A stretch of DNA of 60,963 nucleotides from an uncultured Desulfatiglans sp. (GCA_964643755.1 CAZXUA010000005.1:1-60963); one strand, 5' to 3'. Shown: positions 9,595-19,755, counted from the first letter of the stretch. Made by a program: numbers and translations. Notes: generated from the letters alone by a model not told the origin.

Positions 9595-12500
9595 ATAAAA
9601 TCAAACTCATTAAGAATGCCTTGAGCCTCGTTAAGCGCGCCCAGATGATCTGTCCATTTTATTCGGGCCTTCAACCTTGAATCGGCGAGCATGCTGAACC
9701 TTGGCCGCTTTTTCTCTATAAATCTCACAACATCATTGGGGTTGATATTTTTAACCTGGCTGAATGTGAACAGAAGGGCATCCTCCTTTACATCAAGACG
9801 GGCTATTCCTTTCCGCTTCATCATAAGCCTTACCTCCATAACCCTTAACAGGTTTGTCACCGCATTTGGCGGCGGCCCGAAACGGTCTATTATCTCATCA
9901 GCCATCCTTTTAAGATCATCATCCTCTTTGAGGCTGGACAGCCTCCTGTAGATATTAAGCCTAACATCTATGTCAGAGACATACTCCTCAGGCAGATATG
10001 CTGAAACTTCAACATTGATCTCAGGGTTTATCTCCTGCTGGTATTCCTCGCCCTTTAATTCTGCTATGGCCTCCTCTGTAAGCTTTATGTAAAGTTCATA
10101 ACCTATTGAGGCAATATGCCCAGACTGGCTGAAACCTAATATGTTTCCCCCTCCCCTTATCTTGAGGTCATGCATGGCAAGGTGAATGCCTGCGCCGAGC
10201 TGTGAAAAATCCATGAGCGCCTTGAGTCTCTTCTCTGCCTCCCTTGTTAAATTGGCCTTCTTTGACAAAAGCAGATATGCATAGGCGCTTTCAGATGACC
10301 TGCCAACACGTCCCCTGAGCTGATATATCTGCGCCAGCCCGAAACGCTCTGCCTGATTGATGATTATTGTATTGGCTGACGGTATATCCAGGCCTGATTC
10401 AATTATGGTGGTGCAAACCAGTACATCCACCTCTTTCCTTAAAAACCGCATCATGGTCTCTTCAAGATCATCCGGTTTCATCTGGCCATGCCCTATGGCT
10501 ATCCTTGTGTTGGGTACGATCTTTTTGATCTTTGCCGCAATGTTGTCTATGGACTGGACACGGTTATGGACAAAAAATACCTGCCCGCCCCTCTCCATCT
10601 CATTTTCTATTGCATGCTTAATGGTCGCCTCATCATAGGGGAGGAGATAGGTCTGTATGGCAAGTCTGTCTTCTGGAGGGGTTTCAATGATGCTCAGGTC
10701 CCTTACACCCATGAGAGAGAGGTGCAGCGTGCGAGGGATCGGGGTTGCCGTGAGTGCAAGCACATCAACTACCGCCCTGAACTCCTTTAGCCTCTCCTTC
10801 TGTTTGACGCCGAACCGCTGCTCTTCATCTATTATAAGGATGCCCAGGTCTTTGAACCCTATATCCTTTGAGAGTATCCTGTGGGTGCCTATAAGCACAT
10901 TTACCTGGCCCGAACGCACACGCGCTATGGTCTCCCTCTGCTCCTTTGCGCTCTTGAAGCGGCTTAATACATCCACCTCTACATTAAAGGGCTTCATCCT
11001 GTTTTTAAATGTCTCATAATGCTGCTCTGCCAGGACTGTTGTTGGCACCAGCACTGCCGCCTGTTTGCCGTCAGTAACCGCCTTGAATGCCGCCCTTATT
11101 GCCACCTCTGTTTTACCATAACCCACATCACCGCATATGAGCCTGTCCATAGGCCTTATGGATTCCATGTCTGAGAGCACATCATCAATGGCCTTTATCT
11201 GATCAGATGTCTCCTCATGTTCAAATGTGGCCTCAAATTCCCTGAAATAGCTGTCAGGGCGGGAAAAGGCAAAACCCTCTTTATATTTTCTTACGGCATA
11301 TATATCGACAAGCTGTCTGGCTATCTCCATTATGGCCTTTTTGGCCTTCTGTTTAACTACCTTCCATGCCTTGCCGCCAAGCTGGTCAAGCTTGGGGTTC
11401 TTGTCATCAGCACCCACATATTTCTGCATAATGCTGATACGGTCAGCAGGGATATAAAGGCGGTCTGTGCCTGCATACTCAATAAGGACAAAGTCATTTA
11501 TCTTGTTCTGTATCTCCATCCTTATGAGCCCGCCATACTGGCCTATGCCGTGATCCTCATGCACAACAAGGTCGCCCACTGCAAGCTGGCCAAAGGATGT
11601 CCAGTCAATACCCCCCTCTTCGCTCTTCCTTTTTGCCCTTGCCCGTTTGGGGCCGAATATCTCATCCTCGCTTATCACATAGAGTCCGATATCCTCCCAC
11701 CCGAACCCTCTTGAGAGCCGACCAATACAGATATGAAGCCTCTTTCTGGCTGAGACAGCAAAAAAGCTCTCCACGGTTTCATCAACCTGCACATTGTAAT
11801 TGCCCAGTATCTCCTCAAGCCTTGCAGCCTGCTGTTCTGTCCTGCACACAAGGATAATGGTTGCGCCCTGATTCATCCAGAGGGATATCCTCTCTGCAAG
11901 CGGGGCCATGGATACGCGCCCCTTGCCTGTGAGCCTCAGGTCAAACGCAAACTCTATGTCATGGGCGCCCTTTACCTCTATTGCTTTACCTGTCTGGTCA
12001 GGCAGCGTTATTGTAAGGCTGTTAAAACTGACCCTCTGATGGCCATTAATGCCCTCTTCAAATTCCCTATCAGTTAAAAGCACCCCCTCTATATCAGGAA
12101 AGATAGATCCCCTGTTCTCTGCCTCCTCCAGATACTTTACCTTGTCCCTTTCAAATCTGAACTGGAACTTTTCCTTATCTGTCTCTATCCTCTCACTCTC
12201 CATAAGAAGGATAATCCCGGAAGCGGGGAAATAATCAAACAGACTGTTAAGTTCAGGATAAAAATGGTTAAGCCACGCCTCCTGACCAGGGAAGCTTACC
12301 CCTTCCCCTGCCTGCTCAGGGAGCCTTCCCATTGACCTTGCCCTCATCATGGCCTCCTCATCCATGATGATTTCACTTGATGGTAAAAGGATCATCTCCT
12401 TTAACCGGTCTGTTGAGCGCTGTGAGAGCTGATCAAAATGGCGGATGGACTCAAGCCTGTCGCCCCAGAACTCTAACCGGATCGGCATCTCATAGAGTGG

Positions 12501-13064
12501 CGGAAATATATCTATTACACCACCGCGCACAGAATAATCGCCCGGCTCTTCCACCAGTGCGGTGCGTAAGTATCCCCCCGTCTCAAGTTTTTTTATAAAA
12601 TCGTCACGCGGAAAATCCTCACCCGGTTCAAGGTATTCCAGTGTCCTTATAAGGGCCTTCTTGGGCATGATCTTTAAAAGCAGCGCCTCAAGAGAGGTGA
12701 TAACCACCGGGTTTTTACAGGATGTAAGGGCATAAAGGGCCTGAAGCCTGCGGTTAATAATGTTCCGGTGAGGGCTTAAGCCTGTAAGTGGAGAGAGGTC
12801 ATAGGCAGGGAAATCAAAAAGCCTCTTTTCCTGCTGACTCCCTGAAACAAAACCCTTCGGGAGAAAAAACTGCAACTCCCTCGTAAGCCTTACTGCCTCC
12901 TTTGCAGTGGGCAGGATAATAAGAAAGGGGCTCTCCTGCCCGATCAAGAGCCCTGAGATAAGATATGACCTTGCAGCGTTATCTATGCCAGAGACAGAGA
13001 TATCCCTGTTGCCGTTTGATATCAGCTTAATAAGTTCGTTTATGTATGAGTTATCAGTGATCAT
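9591..13064 (-). CDS. mfd: Transcription-repair coupling factor
   Basis: 1157 aa; UvrB-homology N-region, CarD-like domain, SF2 helicase motifs (GDVGYGKTEV, DEEQRFG), TRG motif, C-terminal D7. Confidence 0.95.
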   Translation of the reverse strand: MITDNSYINELIKLISNGNRDISVSGIDNAARSYLISGLLIGQESPFLIILPTAKEAVRLTRELQFFLPKGFVSGSQQEKRLFDFPAYDLSPLTGLSPHRNIINRRLQALYALTSCKNPVVITSLEALLLKIMPKKALIRTLEYLEPGEDFPRDDFIKKLETGGYLRTALVEEPGDYSVRGGVIDIFPPLYEMPIRLEFWGDRLESIRHFDQLSQRSTDRLKEMILLPSSEIIMDEEAMMRARSMGRLPEQAGEGVSFPGQEAWLNHFYPELNSLFDYFPASGIILLMESERIETDKEKFQFRFERDKVKYLEEAENRGSIFPDIEGVLLTDREFEEGINGHQRVSFNSLTITLPDQTGKAIEVKGAHDIEFAFDLRLTGKGRVSMAPLAERISLWMNQGATIILVCRTEQQAARLEEILGNYNVQVDETVESFFAVSARKRLHICIGRLSRGFGWEDIGLYVISEDEIFGPKRARAKRKSEEGGIDWTSFGQLAVGDLVVHEDHGIGQYGGLIRMEIQNKINDFVLIEYAGTDRLYIPADRISIMQKYVGADDKNPKLDQLGGKAWKVVKQKAKKAIMEIARQLVDIYAVRKYKEGFAFSRPDSYFREFEATFEHEETSDQIKAIDDVLSDMESIRPMDRLICGDVGYGKTEVAIRAAFKAVTDGKQAAVLVPTTVLAEQHYETFKNRMKPFNVEVDVLSRFKSAKEQRETIARVRSGQVNVLIGTHRILSKDIGFKDLGILIIDEEQRFGVKQKERLKEFRAVVDVLALTATPIPRTLHLSLMGVRDLSIIETPPEDRLAIQTYLLPYDEATIKHAIENEMERGGQVFFVHNRVQSIDNIAAKIKKIVPNTRIAIGHGQMKPDDLEETMMRFLRKEVDVLVCTTIIESGLDIPSANTIIINQAERFGLAQIYQLRGRVGRSSESAYAYLLLSKKANLTREAEKRLKALMDFSQLGAGIHLAMHDLKIRGGGNILGFSQSGHIASIGYELYIKLTEEAIAELKGEEYQQEINPEINVEVSAYLPEEYVSDIDVRLNIYRRLSSLKEDDDLKRMADEIIDRFGPPPNAVTNLLRVMEVRLMMKRKGIARLDVKEDALLFTFSQVKNINPNDVVRFIEKKRPRFSMLADSRLKARIKWTDHLGALNEAQGILNEFDFI

Positions 13065-13074
13065 AGTAAATAAA

Positions 13075-13207
13075 GGGTTCCAGGGGTCCAGAGGTCAAGG
13101 GTTCGAGTGCCATGCCAATATAAAACTAATGGATCCCCCGATCAAGTCGGGGGATGACGAATAGTTTTTGATGTTTGAAAACCGTTATGCCCGACTTGAT
13201 CGGGCAT
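13075..13207. repeat. Compound repeat: GGTYC-periodic tract (13075-13106) plus two mutually inverted hairpins (13135-13153 and 13187-13207)
   Basis: cccccgatcaagtcggggg and atgcccgacttgatcgggcat share the core cccgatcaagtcggg in opposite orientation; lies directly upstream of the mfd start. Confidence 0.8.
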
Positions 13208-13483
13208 CCATTAAAAAGCTATCTCCTCTGAATATTTCCCTTTTATCCTCCATAGTTTTTACAAGGTGTAAAATATTTTTCTTGATAAAAATATTTTCCT
13301 CCCCGGATTTGATATCCCGTTCGGGTCAAACAGCTCCTTCATCTTTTCTGTCAGCAAACACCATACTCTATAATTTTTTAGTATAATTTATAAAGACAAA
13401 AAATATGAAAGGGTGAATGCGCTTAGTCTGTTATATGGAAAATCAGCATAGTGGTTGATGATAGTTTTTAAGAAGGGATATCT

Positions 13484-13744
13484 TCAGTTTAGAATATATC
13501 CCAGGACTATGTCGCAGAGGGGGTCATCATCCATATATTCCATCTGATCATTAAAAGTCACCTTTCCGTGATACTCCCTTTTAAGTTCATATTCGCCATC
13601 ACTTGCAATATGAAGCAATATCTCAGAGCAGGCAGGACAAAGGGGGCCATGCTCATTATTTTCATCAAAAAATGAAAGTGTCCAGTTCTCAGCAATCAGA
13701 TCTTCAACATTATCAGCAGACAAACCGCAAATGGTACAATTCAT
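13484..13744 (-). CDS. Small acidic Zn-ribbon-like hypothetical protein
   Basis: 86 aa with CTIC...CPAC pairs; no family recognised. Confidence 0.4.
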   Translation of the reverse strand: MNCTICGLSADNVEDLIAENWTLSFFDENNEHGPLCPACSEILLHIASDGEYELKREYHGKVTFNDQMEYMDDDPLCDIVLGYILN

Positions 13745-13892
13745 GATTCCTTTAACAACTCCTGTAAAAATGGTTCCCGATTCCTATTCAGAATCCAAAA
13801 CTGAGAGGGAGGTTATACCAGAATATTTTTCATTACAAGAAATTTTTTACTGTTAAGGCGGGTAACTATTTGAGGTGGTTTTGTCTGTATCC

Positions 13893-14363
13893 TTATTTTA
13901 TACCCCTTGAGTAGTTCACAAGTATTACCCTGTGTTTTTTTGTATCGTTTTCTATCCTATGGAGCAGGGCAAGGGTTTTAGCATCTGATGTCTTTATCAA
14001 CTTTGTAAAGGCGGATTCATTCAGATTAGCCTCTATCTCTGCACCTAGTGAATATGCCTCGCTTTCTGACAAGTTATCTGAAGATGCCTTTTTGATTAGA
14101 AGATTCAGATTTGCAATAAACCCTTTTAAGTTTTCAATCTTTATATCAATATCAACAGCAACTTTGCCATCATTAACCTCTTTACGTATCTCGTTCAGGG
14201 TGTCAGCATGAAGTTTCTCTTCAAGGGCAATGGCCTCCCAGAATTTTTTTACAGGGGTGGATAAATTATTCTGGGTAGAAAATCTGGTGTATAACCTGTT
14301 AAGAACCGATTCAATTTTTATAAGGCCTAAAAGCAGTTGATCTCTTTCATTGTCAGGCATCAT
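13893..14363 (-). CDS. Hypothetical all-helical protein (degenerate ferritin/rubrerythrin-like motifs)
   Basis: 156 aa with ALEEKLHADTL and ENDTKKHR motifs; 28 nt downstream of the VapB-like gene. Confidence 0.4.
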   Translation of the reverse strand: MMPDNERDQLLLGLIKIESVLNRLYTRFSTQNNLSTPVKKFWEAIALEEKLHADTLNEIRKEVNDGKVAVDIDIKIENLKGFIANLNLLIKKASSDNLSESEAYSLGAEIEANLNESAFTKLIKTSDAKTLALLHRIENDTKKHRVILVNYSRGIK

Positions 14364-14391
14364 TCAATCCATTCAGATGAATCAACAAGAA

Positions 14392-14586
14392 TCATTTATC
14401 TGTCCTCATCTCGTCAAGATTGCCGGACCATTTCAACTTCCCTCTATATTTCTTGATTTCTTTATGGCTATTCATTTGGACCAGCAGTTTCAATCCCTCT
14501 TCAATGGCATCCTTTTTCGTTCTGAAACCGGAAACCTTTAGCGCTGATTCCATCAGATTATCATTTATTACAACATTTGTTCTCAT
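14392..14586 (-). CDS. VapB-family (DUF2191-type) type II antitoxin-like protein
   Basis: 64 aa; MRTNVVINDNLMESALKVSGFRTKKDAIEEGLKLL is the typical N-terminal DNA-binding segment. Confidence 0.65.
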   Translation of the reverse strand: MRTNVVINDNLMESALKVSGFRTKKDAIEEGLKLLVQMNSHKEIKKYRGKLKWSGNLDEMRTDK

Positions 14587-14743
14587 TACTTACCTTTCAT
14601 GTGTATACTTGTAGGCATTATATACATCAGCACCAAATATTGAAAGATATTTTGTTGTACAAATTGGTGGCTCATCAGTTCCGGACAACTTCACTTTTAG
14701 GATTTCTTACATAAATATACCCGGAATTTTTAAAACTATTCTT

Positions 14744-14941
14744 TTAAAGGATTGGCTGTTTTTTGAGCCAGATAAGCGACTCGCCTCTGCCGGAATCATA
14801 AAATTGTTTTCCGATATCTGCCTTGAGCTGGGCTAGACCATTGGCATATTCTTCTTCATCAAGAAGGCGAAACATCACGCTTTTTTCCTCAACCAAAATC
14901 CAATATTGTCGTAGACCCTGAGAAAGAGATTCATTCTGCAA
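14744..14941 (-). pseudogene. Probable 3' remnant of a class I SAM-dependent methyltransferase
   Basis: 65-aa ORF resembling only the C-terminal tail of such enzymes (...GESLIWLKK); TTG start; no upstream catalytic part. Confidence 0.3.
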
Positions 14942-15231
14942 ACCTTGATATCAGTGTATCTGAATGGCCCCGGGTATTGTAATATATACTGCTGGCTTTA
15001 TTGTAGCTTAAAAGCAACAGTTGCCAAGATTATTAAAACTTGCAGGACGAAACAGCTTAAGGGTTTACTATTGCGCCTTTGCTCTTTCACCCTTTTTGCT
15101 GTAACTGTAAAAAAACCTTTAATATTTATACTGTTATGTTATTTCCGGTCTGCATCTCAATAAAAAAGTTATGATAATCCCGCTGAAAAATGTGCATCTG
15201 AATCTGGAGTAAAGAGCAAATATAGAACTCG

Positions 15232-16191
15232 TTATCTTCTGCTTTTCCCTTTAAAAGGCGATTCATCATTGAAGTCAGGTAAAAATTCCGATTGTTCTTT
15301 GGGGTCAGAACCATACCCTGCGGGGAACTGCACAAACATATTCGTAAATCCCAGGTCAAGGGCATGGGAGTAAACCGCATAAAACTCATTAACAGTCAAA
15401 AACCGATTCATATCCTCTTCATCATGCCTCAATACAGGGTGATACTGTGACATAAGACTTAAAGGGAGCAATGGCCCGAATTCCAGGAATAGCGAATCAA
15501 GGGCATGGATGGAGTTTTTTATCTTACCCGGAAGTATCAGGTGCCTGACCAGCACACCTTTTGAGGCAACCTCATTATCCCCTGATGATGAATCCAGAAA
15601 ACCTTTCTGCCTTACCATCTCTGCGATTGCATCAAGGGCCTTATGAGGGTAGTCACTGCACCTTGAAAATCTTTTAGCGATCTCAGGGTTTGAATATTTG
15701 TAATCAGGCATATAAATATCTGCATATTCCTCTGCTGTTTTGAGAAGCCCGACAGCCTGATAACCTGAGCAGTTATAAAGGATCGGCAGATTGTAGCCAT
15801 TCTCCCTTAGTTGCTCAACAAGCCTGAATGTGTATGGGTAAAAGTGATCAGGTGTAACAAAATTGATATTGTGCACCCTGTACTCATCTATCATTGCCTT
15901 TGTCTTTATGTAAAACTCTTCCTGCGTCACTATATCCCCTGACCCATCAAGGGATATCTGGTGGTTCTGGCAGAATGTGCACCTTAGAGAGCAGCCACTG
16001 AAAAATATGGTGCCTGAACCTGAGTTACCTGATATGGGCGGCTCTTCACCAAAGTGCGGCCCGATATGCGCAATTCTCAGCTCATTGCTCTGCCCGCAAA
16101 AGGCCTTTTTTTCAGAACCGGGCAGGGTGCGGTCCACACCGCATCTTCTGGGACACAACTCGCATTTTTTAAATAATGATAAGTAATCCAT
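15232..16191 (-). CDS. PflX-like (COG1313-type) radical SAM protein
   Basis: N-terminal CELCPRRCGVDR, HFGEEPPISG, and radical SAM cluster GCSLRCTFCQN; starts 5 nt after the upstream helicase stop. Confidence 0.75.
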   Translation of the reverse strand: MDYLSLFKKCELCPRRCGVDRTLPGSEKKAFCGQSNELRIAHIGPHFGEEPPISGNSGSGTIFFSGCSLRCTFCQNHQISLDGSGDIVTQEEFYIKTKAMIDEYRVHNINFVTPDHFYPYTFRLVEQLRENGYNLPILYNCSGYQAVGLLKTAEEYADIYMPDYKYSNPEIAKRFSRCSDYPHKALDAIAEMVRQKGFLDSSSGDNEVASKGVLVRHLILPGKIKNSIHALDSLFLEFGPLLPLSLMSQYHPVLRHDEEDMNRFLTVNEFYAVYSHALDLGFTNMFVQFPAGYGSDPKEQSEFLPDFNDESPFKGKSRR

Positions 16192-16196
16192 TTTCT

Positions 16197-19100
16197 CTAA
16201 AACAACGACAACTGCTTCTCCTGTTTCTTTCGTTTAAAACTCCCCCGCTCAAGGGGCTTTATATTCTTTAACGGGATCAGATCAATAAATGGTGACCTCT
16301 CCATATGAACAAACCGGTTATTAATCTTTCTCATCTTTGCATGAGATAGTATCAGCCTGTTTTTTGCCCTTGTGATGCCTACATAAAAGAGCCTCTTCTC
16401 CTCATTCTCATCACAATCGCCATACATCTTGAGCGGGATGATATTATCCTCGCACCCAGTAATAAATACTACCGGCCACTCAAGCCCCTTTGCCGCATGC
16501 ATGGTCATGACAGCTACCCTGTCACCCCTGATAGCGCTGTTGTCTATGCCCCTTTCAAGTAAGAGTATATCTGCGGCATTTAGAGGCCCTGACACCCCAG
16601 AAACAGCCTCCTTCAATCTTTCGACACCCCTTTTTACCTCTTCTGTTGAGGGGTCGAGGTTATGGATAGAAACAGCCTCATCTATTAACCCGCAAACGCC
16701 ATTATCTTTTGATAATGTCTCTTTTGAGCTGTCCGGTGTGAGATTATATTCCCTGACCTTACAGAGATATCTCTCCCGGCAAAATATGTTATCAGGGGAA
16801 ACCCTTGACCTGATGTATGCCATAATTACATCAACGGGGAATAGCTCTGTAAATGGCCTTTCACCTGATCTGACAAACGGGATGCCCGCCCTTGCTAATG
16901 CCTCTGCGATGGCGTCGCCATGTGAATTGGTGCGGTATAGCACTGCTATGTCACCAAAGCTCAAATCCTCATCCCCTGTTTCATGAGACTCCACCCTGCC
17001 GCTATCAAACGAAAAATGGCTTGTACCGCCCAGCAGTTTTTCTATTCTCTCTACCACCATCTCCGCCTCTTCATTAGCGGTGCTGCATTCAGCTATACGG
17101 ATGTAATCCCCCTTTCCCCTTGTGCCCTCAAGAGGCATCTTCTTTTTAAGAATGTGAGAGGCTGCCTCAAGGATGATATCCTTTGACCGGTAATTTTTTG
17201 TGAGCGTTATCTCATGGGAGTTTGGAAAATCGGTAGTAAACCTGTGGAAGTTATCCACATCAGCCCCCCTGAAACCATATATGGACTGGTCAGGGTCCCC
17301 TATTGCGCAAATAAGATTCAAACCATCCCATACAATCTGCCTTAATATGAGAGACTGTATTGGGTTTGTATCCTGGTATTCATCCACAAAAATACGCTTA
17401 TATCTGTTTGCGTATTTCATGCATGTTTCCGGGTGCAGCCTGAAGAGCCTTAAGGTCTCTGCCTCAAGGTCATCAAAATCAAGCATGTTATAGCGGCTGA
17501 GTTTTTCCCGGTATTTATCAAACAGGGGCATGATATCCACAAACGCATGGCCGGGTTCTTTACCTGTTGCATACATGAATTTAAGTTCTGAAACGGCCTT
17601 CTTGAATTTTGCCAGGGTATCTCTATCTGCGCCTGTCTCTTTAGCCGCCTCATAAGATAACAGGGCTGAGTCTGACTCTGTGCAGATAGAGAAACCTGGC
17701 AAGATGCCTATAAAGCTGCCATCAGCCCTCAATACATTCAGGCAAAAACCATGAAAGGTGGTGATGCTCATACCCTTTTCTATCATGCCCGGTATAAGCG
17801 CATCCACCCTCTCCTTCATCTCTAATGCTGCTTTATTTGTAAAGGTGAGGGCAAGCACCTGTGAGGGATTAATATTACCCTGTTCTGTTTCTTTTACTAT
17901 TTTATGGGTAAGGGTCAGTGTCTTTCCAGTGCCCGGCCCTGCATTTATTATAAGGTAGGTTCCAGAATGTAAAACAGCCTCCTGCTGAAGCTCATTTAAC
18001 GGGTAAAGCAGGGGATCATCGTACCTTTTTTGCTCCTCCTGTTTCACCCCTTTTTTTTTTGCCTTCAGCCCCTTTGGCACAACCTTTTCCGGTCTGTTTT
18101 CTTTCTCTGTAGCCGTAATGGCAAAAAGCCTTTTCTGCCCTATGAGTTCATCTTTTTCAGAATCCTTGAACAGGCGGATCACCCCGTATTCGCCGTCATA
18201 ACCCTCCTGCCTGATTACCTCTCCATTACGCATCCTTGAAATGGCCTTTGCGAGCAGAACACCTCCTGCTGCTTCAATCTCCTCCAAATCCCGGTTGAGC
18301 AGGATATCAAGCTCAGGGCCAAGGTCGTTGAGGAGTTTTTCATAGGCTATTTCCACTGTTTTGGTATCAGGGCCGCTATCAAGTATTTCTGACAGTATCT
18401 CGCAAAGGGGAATAAGGCTGTAGAATGGTTTTGTGAGTAAGGGTGTTTCACGGTCAGCCAGTTCTGCAACACGATGAAAGACACCCACTGTAACAGGCTT
18501 CCCGCATGTGGGGCAGATGCCATTGTTTTTGATGGTATCATGGGGATGAAGCATCATATTGCACTTTCTGTGGCCATCCATGTGATACTTTCCCTCTTCA
18601 GGGTAGAACTCTATTGTGCCTAAGAATCCATCTTTTTCCTTCATGGCCCTTATCATGCTGTCATAATTAAGATCAGTATTGAAGATATTTGCCTCCCTGC
18701 CAAGCTTGGAAGGTGAATGGGCATCAGAGTTGGAGACAAGGGTATAGTTATCAAGGGCAGATAGAAGCCTGTTCATTGGGGGATCGGATGATAAACCTGT
18801 TTCAAGTGCGTGTATATGTGGAGTAAGGTCTTCAAAACACTCCTCCATGGCATCAAACCCTGATTTTGAGCCAAAGAGCGAAAACCATGGCGTCCATATA
18901 TGGGCCGGTATAAAAAACCCCCTGTCGCTTGCCTCAAGTACCATTTCCAAGAGTATCTTTGAATCAAGCCCAAGTATGGGCCTGCCGTCAGACCTGATAT
19001 TTCCAACCTTTTCAAGCGCCCGGTTGAATTTTTCAACCGATTCAAAATCAGGCATCAGGATAAGGTGATGGATCTTCCTGGTCTTTCCACCCTTTTTATA

Positions 19101-19391
19101 TATTGTGCTTATCTCACCCGACAGGATAAACAGGGGTTCTGAGGCACAGGCTGAAGGCACCTGGCCTTTAATTTCCTTTTCAAATTCCGGTTTAAGCCTG
19201 TAAAGCCCTGTATCCGCATCCTCAAGCTTTTCTTTTAACTCGCGCACCCATTCAGGGTGTGTGAAATCACCTGTGCCTATAACCCTTATACCCTTTTTCT
19301 GCCCCCATAGCGAAAGGGATTCAGGGGTAAGCGCCCTTGAGGTAGCCCGTGAAAACCGGGAATGTATGTGAAGATCAGCTATAAATTTCAT
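16197..19391 (-). CDS. Fusion protein: N-terminal EndoQ-like PHP nuclease with Zn ribbon, plus C-terminal UvrD/PcrA-type SF1 helicase
   Basis: N-terminus ADLHIHSRFSRATS...IGTGDFTHPEW and CPTCGKPVTVGVFHRV (COG1379/EndoQ-like). Helicase motifs AGPGTGKT, DEYQDT, MHAAKGLEWPVVFI, YVGITRAK. Confidence 0.8.
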   Translation of the reverse strand: MKFIADLHIHSRFSRATSRALTPESLSLWGQKKGIRVIGTGDFTHPEWVRELKEKLEDADTGLYRLKPEFEKEIKGQVPSACASEPLFILSGEISTIYKKGGKTRKIHHLILMPDFESVEKFNRALEKVGNIRSDGRPILGLDSKILLEMVLEASDRGFFIPAHIWTPWFSLFGSKSGFDAMEECFEDLTPHIHALETGLSSDPPMNRLLSALDNYTLVSNSDAHSPSKLGREANIFNTDLNYDSMIRAMKEKDGFLGTIEFYPEEGKYHMDGHRKCNMMLHPHDTIKNNGICPTCGKPVTVGVFHRVAELADRETPLLTKPFYSLIPLCEILSEILDSGPDTKTVEIAYEKLLNDLGPELDILLNRDLEEIEAAGGVLLAKAISRMRNGEVIRQEGYDGEYGVIRLFKDSEKDELIGQKRLFAITATEKENRPEKVVPKGLKAKKKGVKQEEQKRYDDPLLYPLNELQQEAVLHSGTYLIINAGPGTGKTLTLTHKIVKETEQGNINPSQVLALTFTNKAALEMKERVDALIPGMIEKGMSITTFHGFCLNVLRADGSFIGILPGFSICTESDSALLSYEAAKETGADRDTLAKFKKAVSELKFMYATGKEPGHAFVDIMPLFDKYREKLSRYNMLDFDDLEAETLRLFRLHPETCMKYANRYKRIFVDEYQDTNPIQSLILRQIVWDGLNLICAIGDPDQSIYGFRGADVDNFHRFTTDFPNSHEITLTKNYRSKDIILEAASHILKKKMPLEGTRGKGDYIRIAECSTANEEAEMVVERIEKLLGGTSHFSFDSGRVESHETGDEDLSFGDIAVLYRTNSHGDAIAEALARAGIPFVRSGERPFTELFPVDVIMAYIRSRVSPDNIFCRERYLCKVREYNLTPDSSKETLSKDNGVCGLIDEAVSIHNLDPSTEEVKRGVERLKEAVSGVSGPLNAADILLLERGIDNSAIRGDRVAVMTMHAAKGLEWPVVFITGCEDNIIPLKMYGDCDENEEKRLFYVGITRAKNRLILSHAKMRKINNRFVHMERSPFIDLIPLKNIKPLERGSFKRKKQEKQLSLF

Positions 19392-19554
19392 GGGGGTGAT
19401 AATTGTGTATACGAATCGTCATGTCAAGTAAGAAAATTTTAAATAAGCCTGATTGATAAATAGACTTTTTTACAGATTTATGAAAGAATGACCTTCATAT
19501 TTAAAACGTTTTCATTTGAATTTTACTTATAAAATTTCTATAGTTAGGTAAAAA

Positions 19555-19755
19555 ATGGAAAAGGAATTTATTGATATTAAACTTGATAAAAACAAATTTT
19601 CAGTTATTTCGCTTACTGATCAATCAGATGAAAAAAATTACTGGCTTACAACCTCCCCTGTCAAACGTTTACAGCACATCGAAGTATTAAGAAGGATAAA
19701 CTATGGAAATAGTGCTACCTCCAGACTTCAAAGAATTCTTGAAACAACTAAATGA
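19555..19755 (+). CDS. Small hypothetical protein, partner of the downstream nucleotidyltransferase-fold gene
   Basis: 66 aa with ...NYWLTTSPVKRLQHIEVLRRINYG...RLQRILE; overlaps the next ORF by 53 nt. Confidence 0.4.
   Translation: MEKEFIDIKLDKNKFSVISLTDQSDEKNYWLTTSPVKRLQHIEVLRRINYGNSATSRLQRILETTK

Noticed and set aside
15126-15389. 87-aa ORF overlapping the 3' end of the PflX-like radical SAM gene, and the 72-aa plus-strand ORF at 14945-15163
   Set aside because: The first is in an alternative frame of a supported gene. The second lies in AT-rich non-coding DNA without an RBS. Neither has a recognisable motif.
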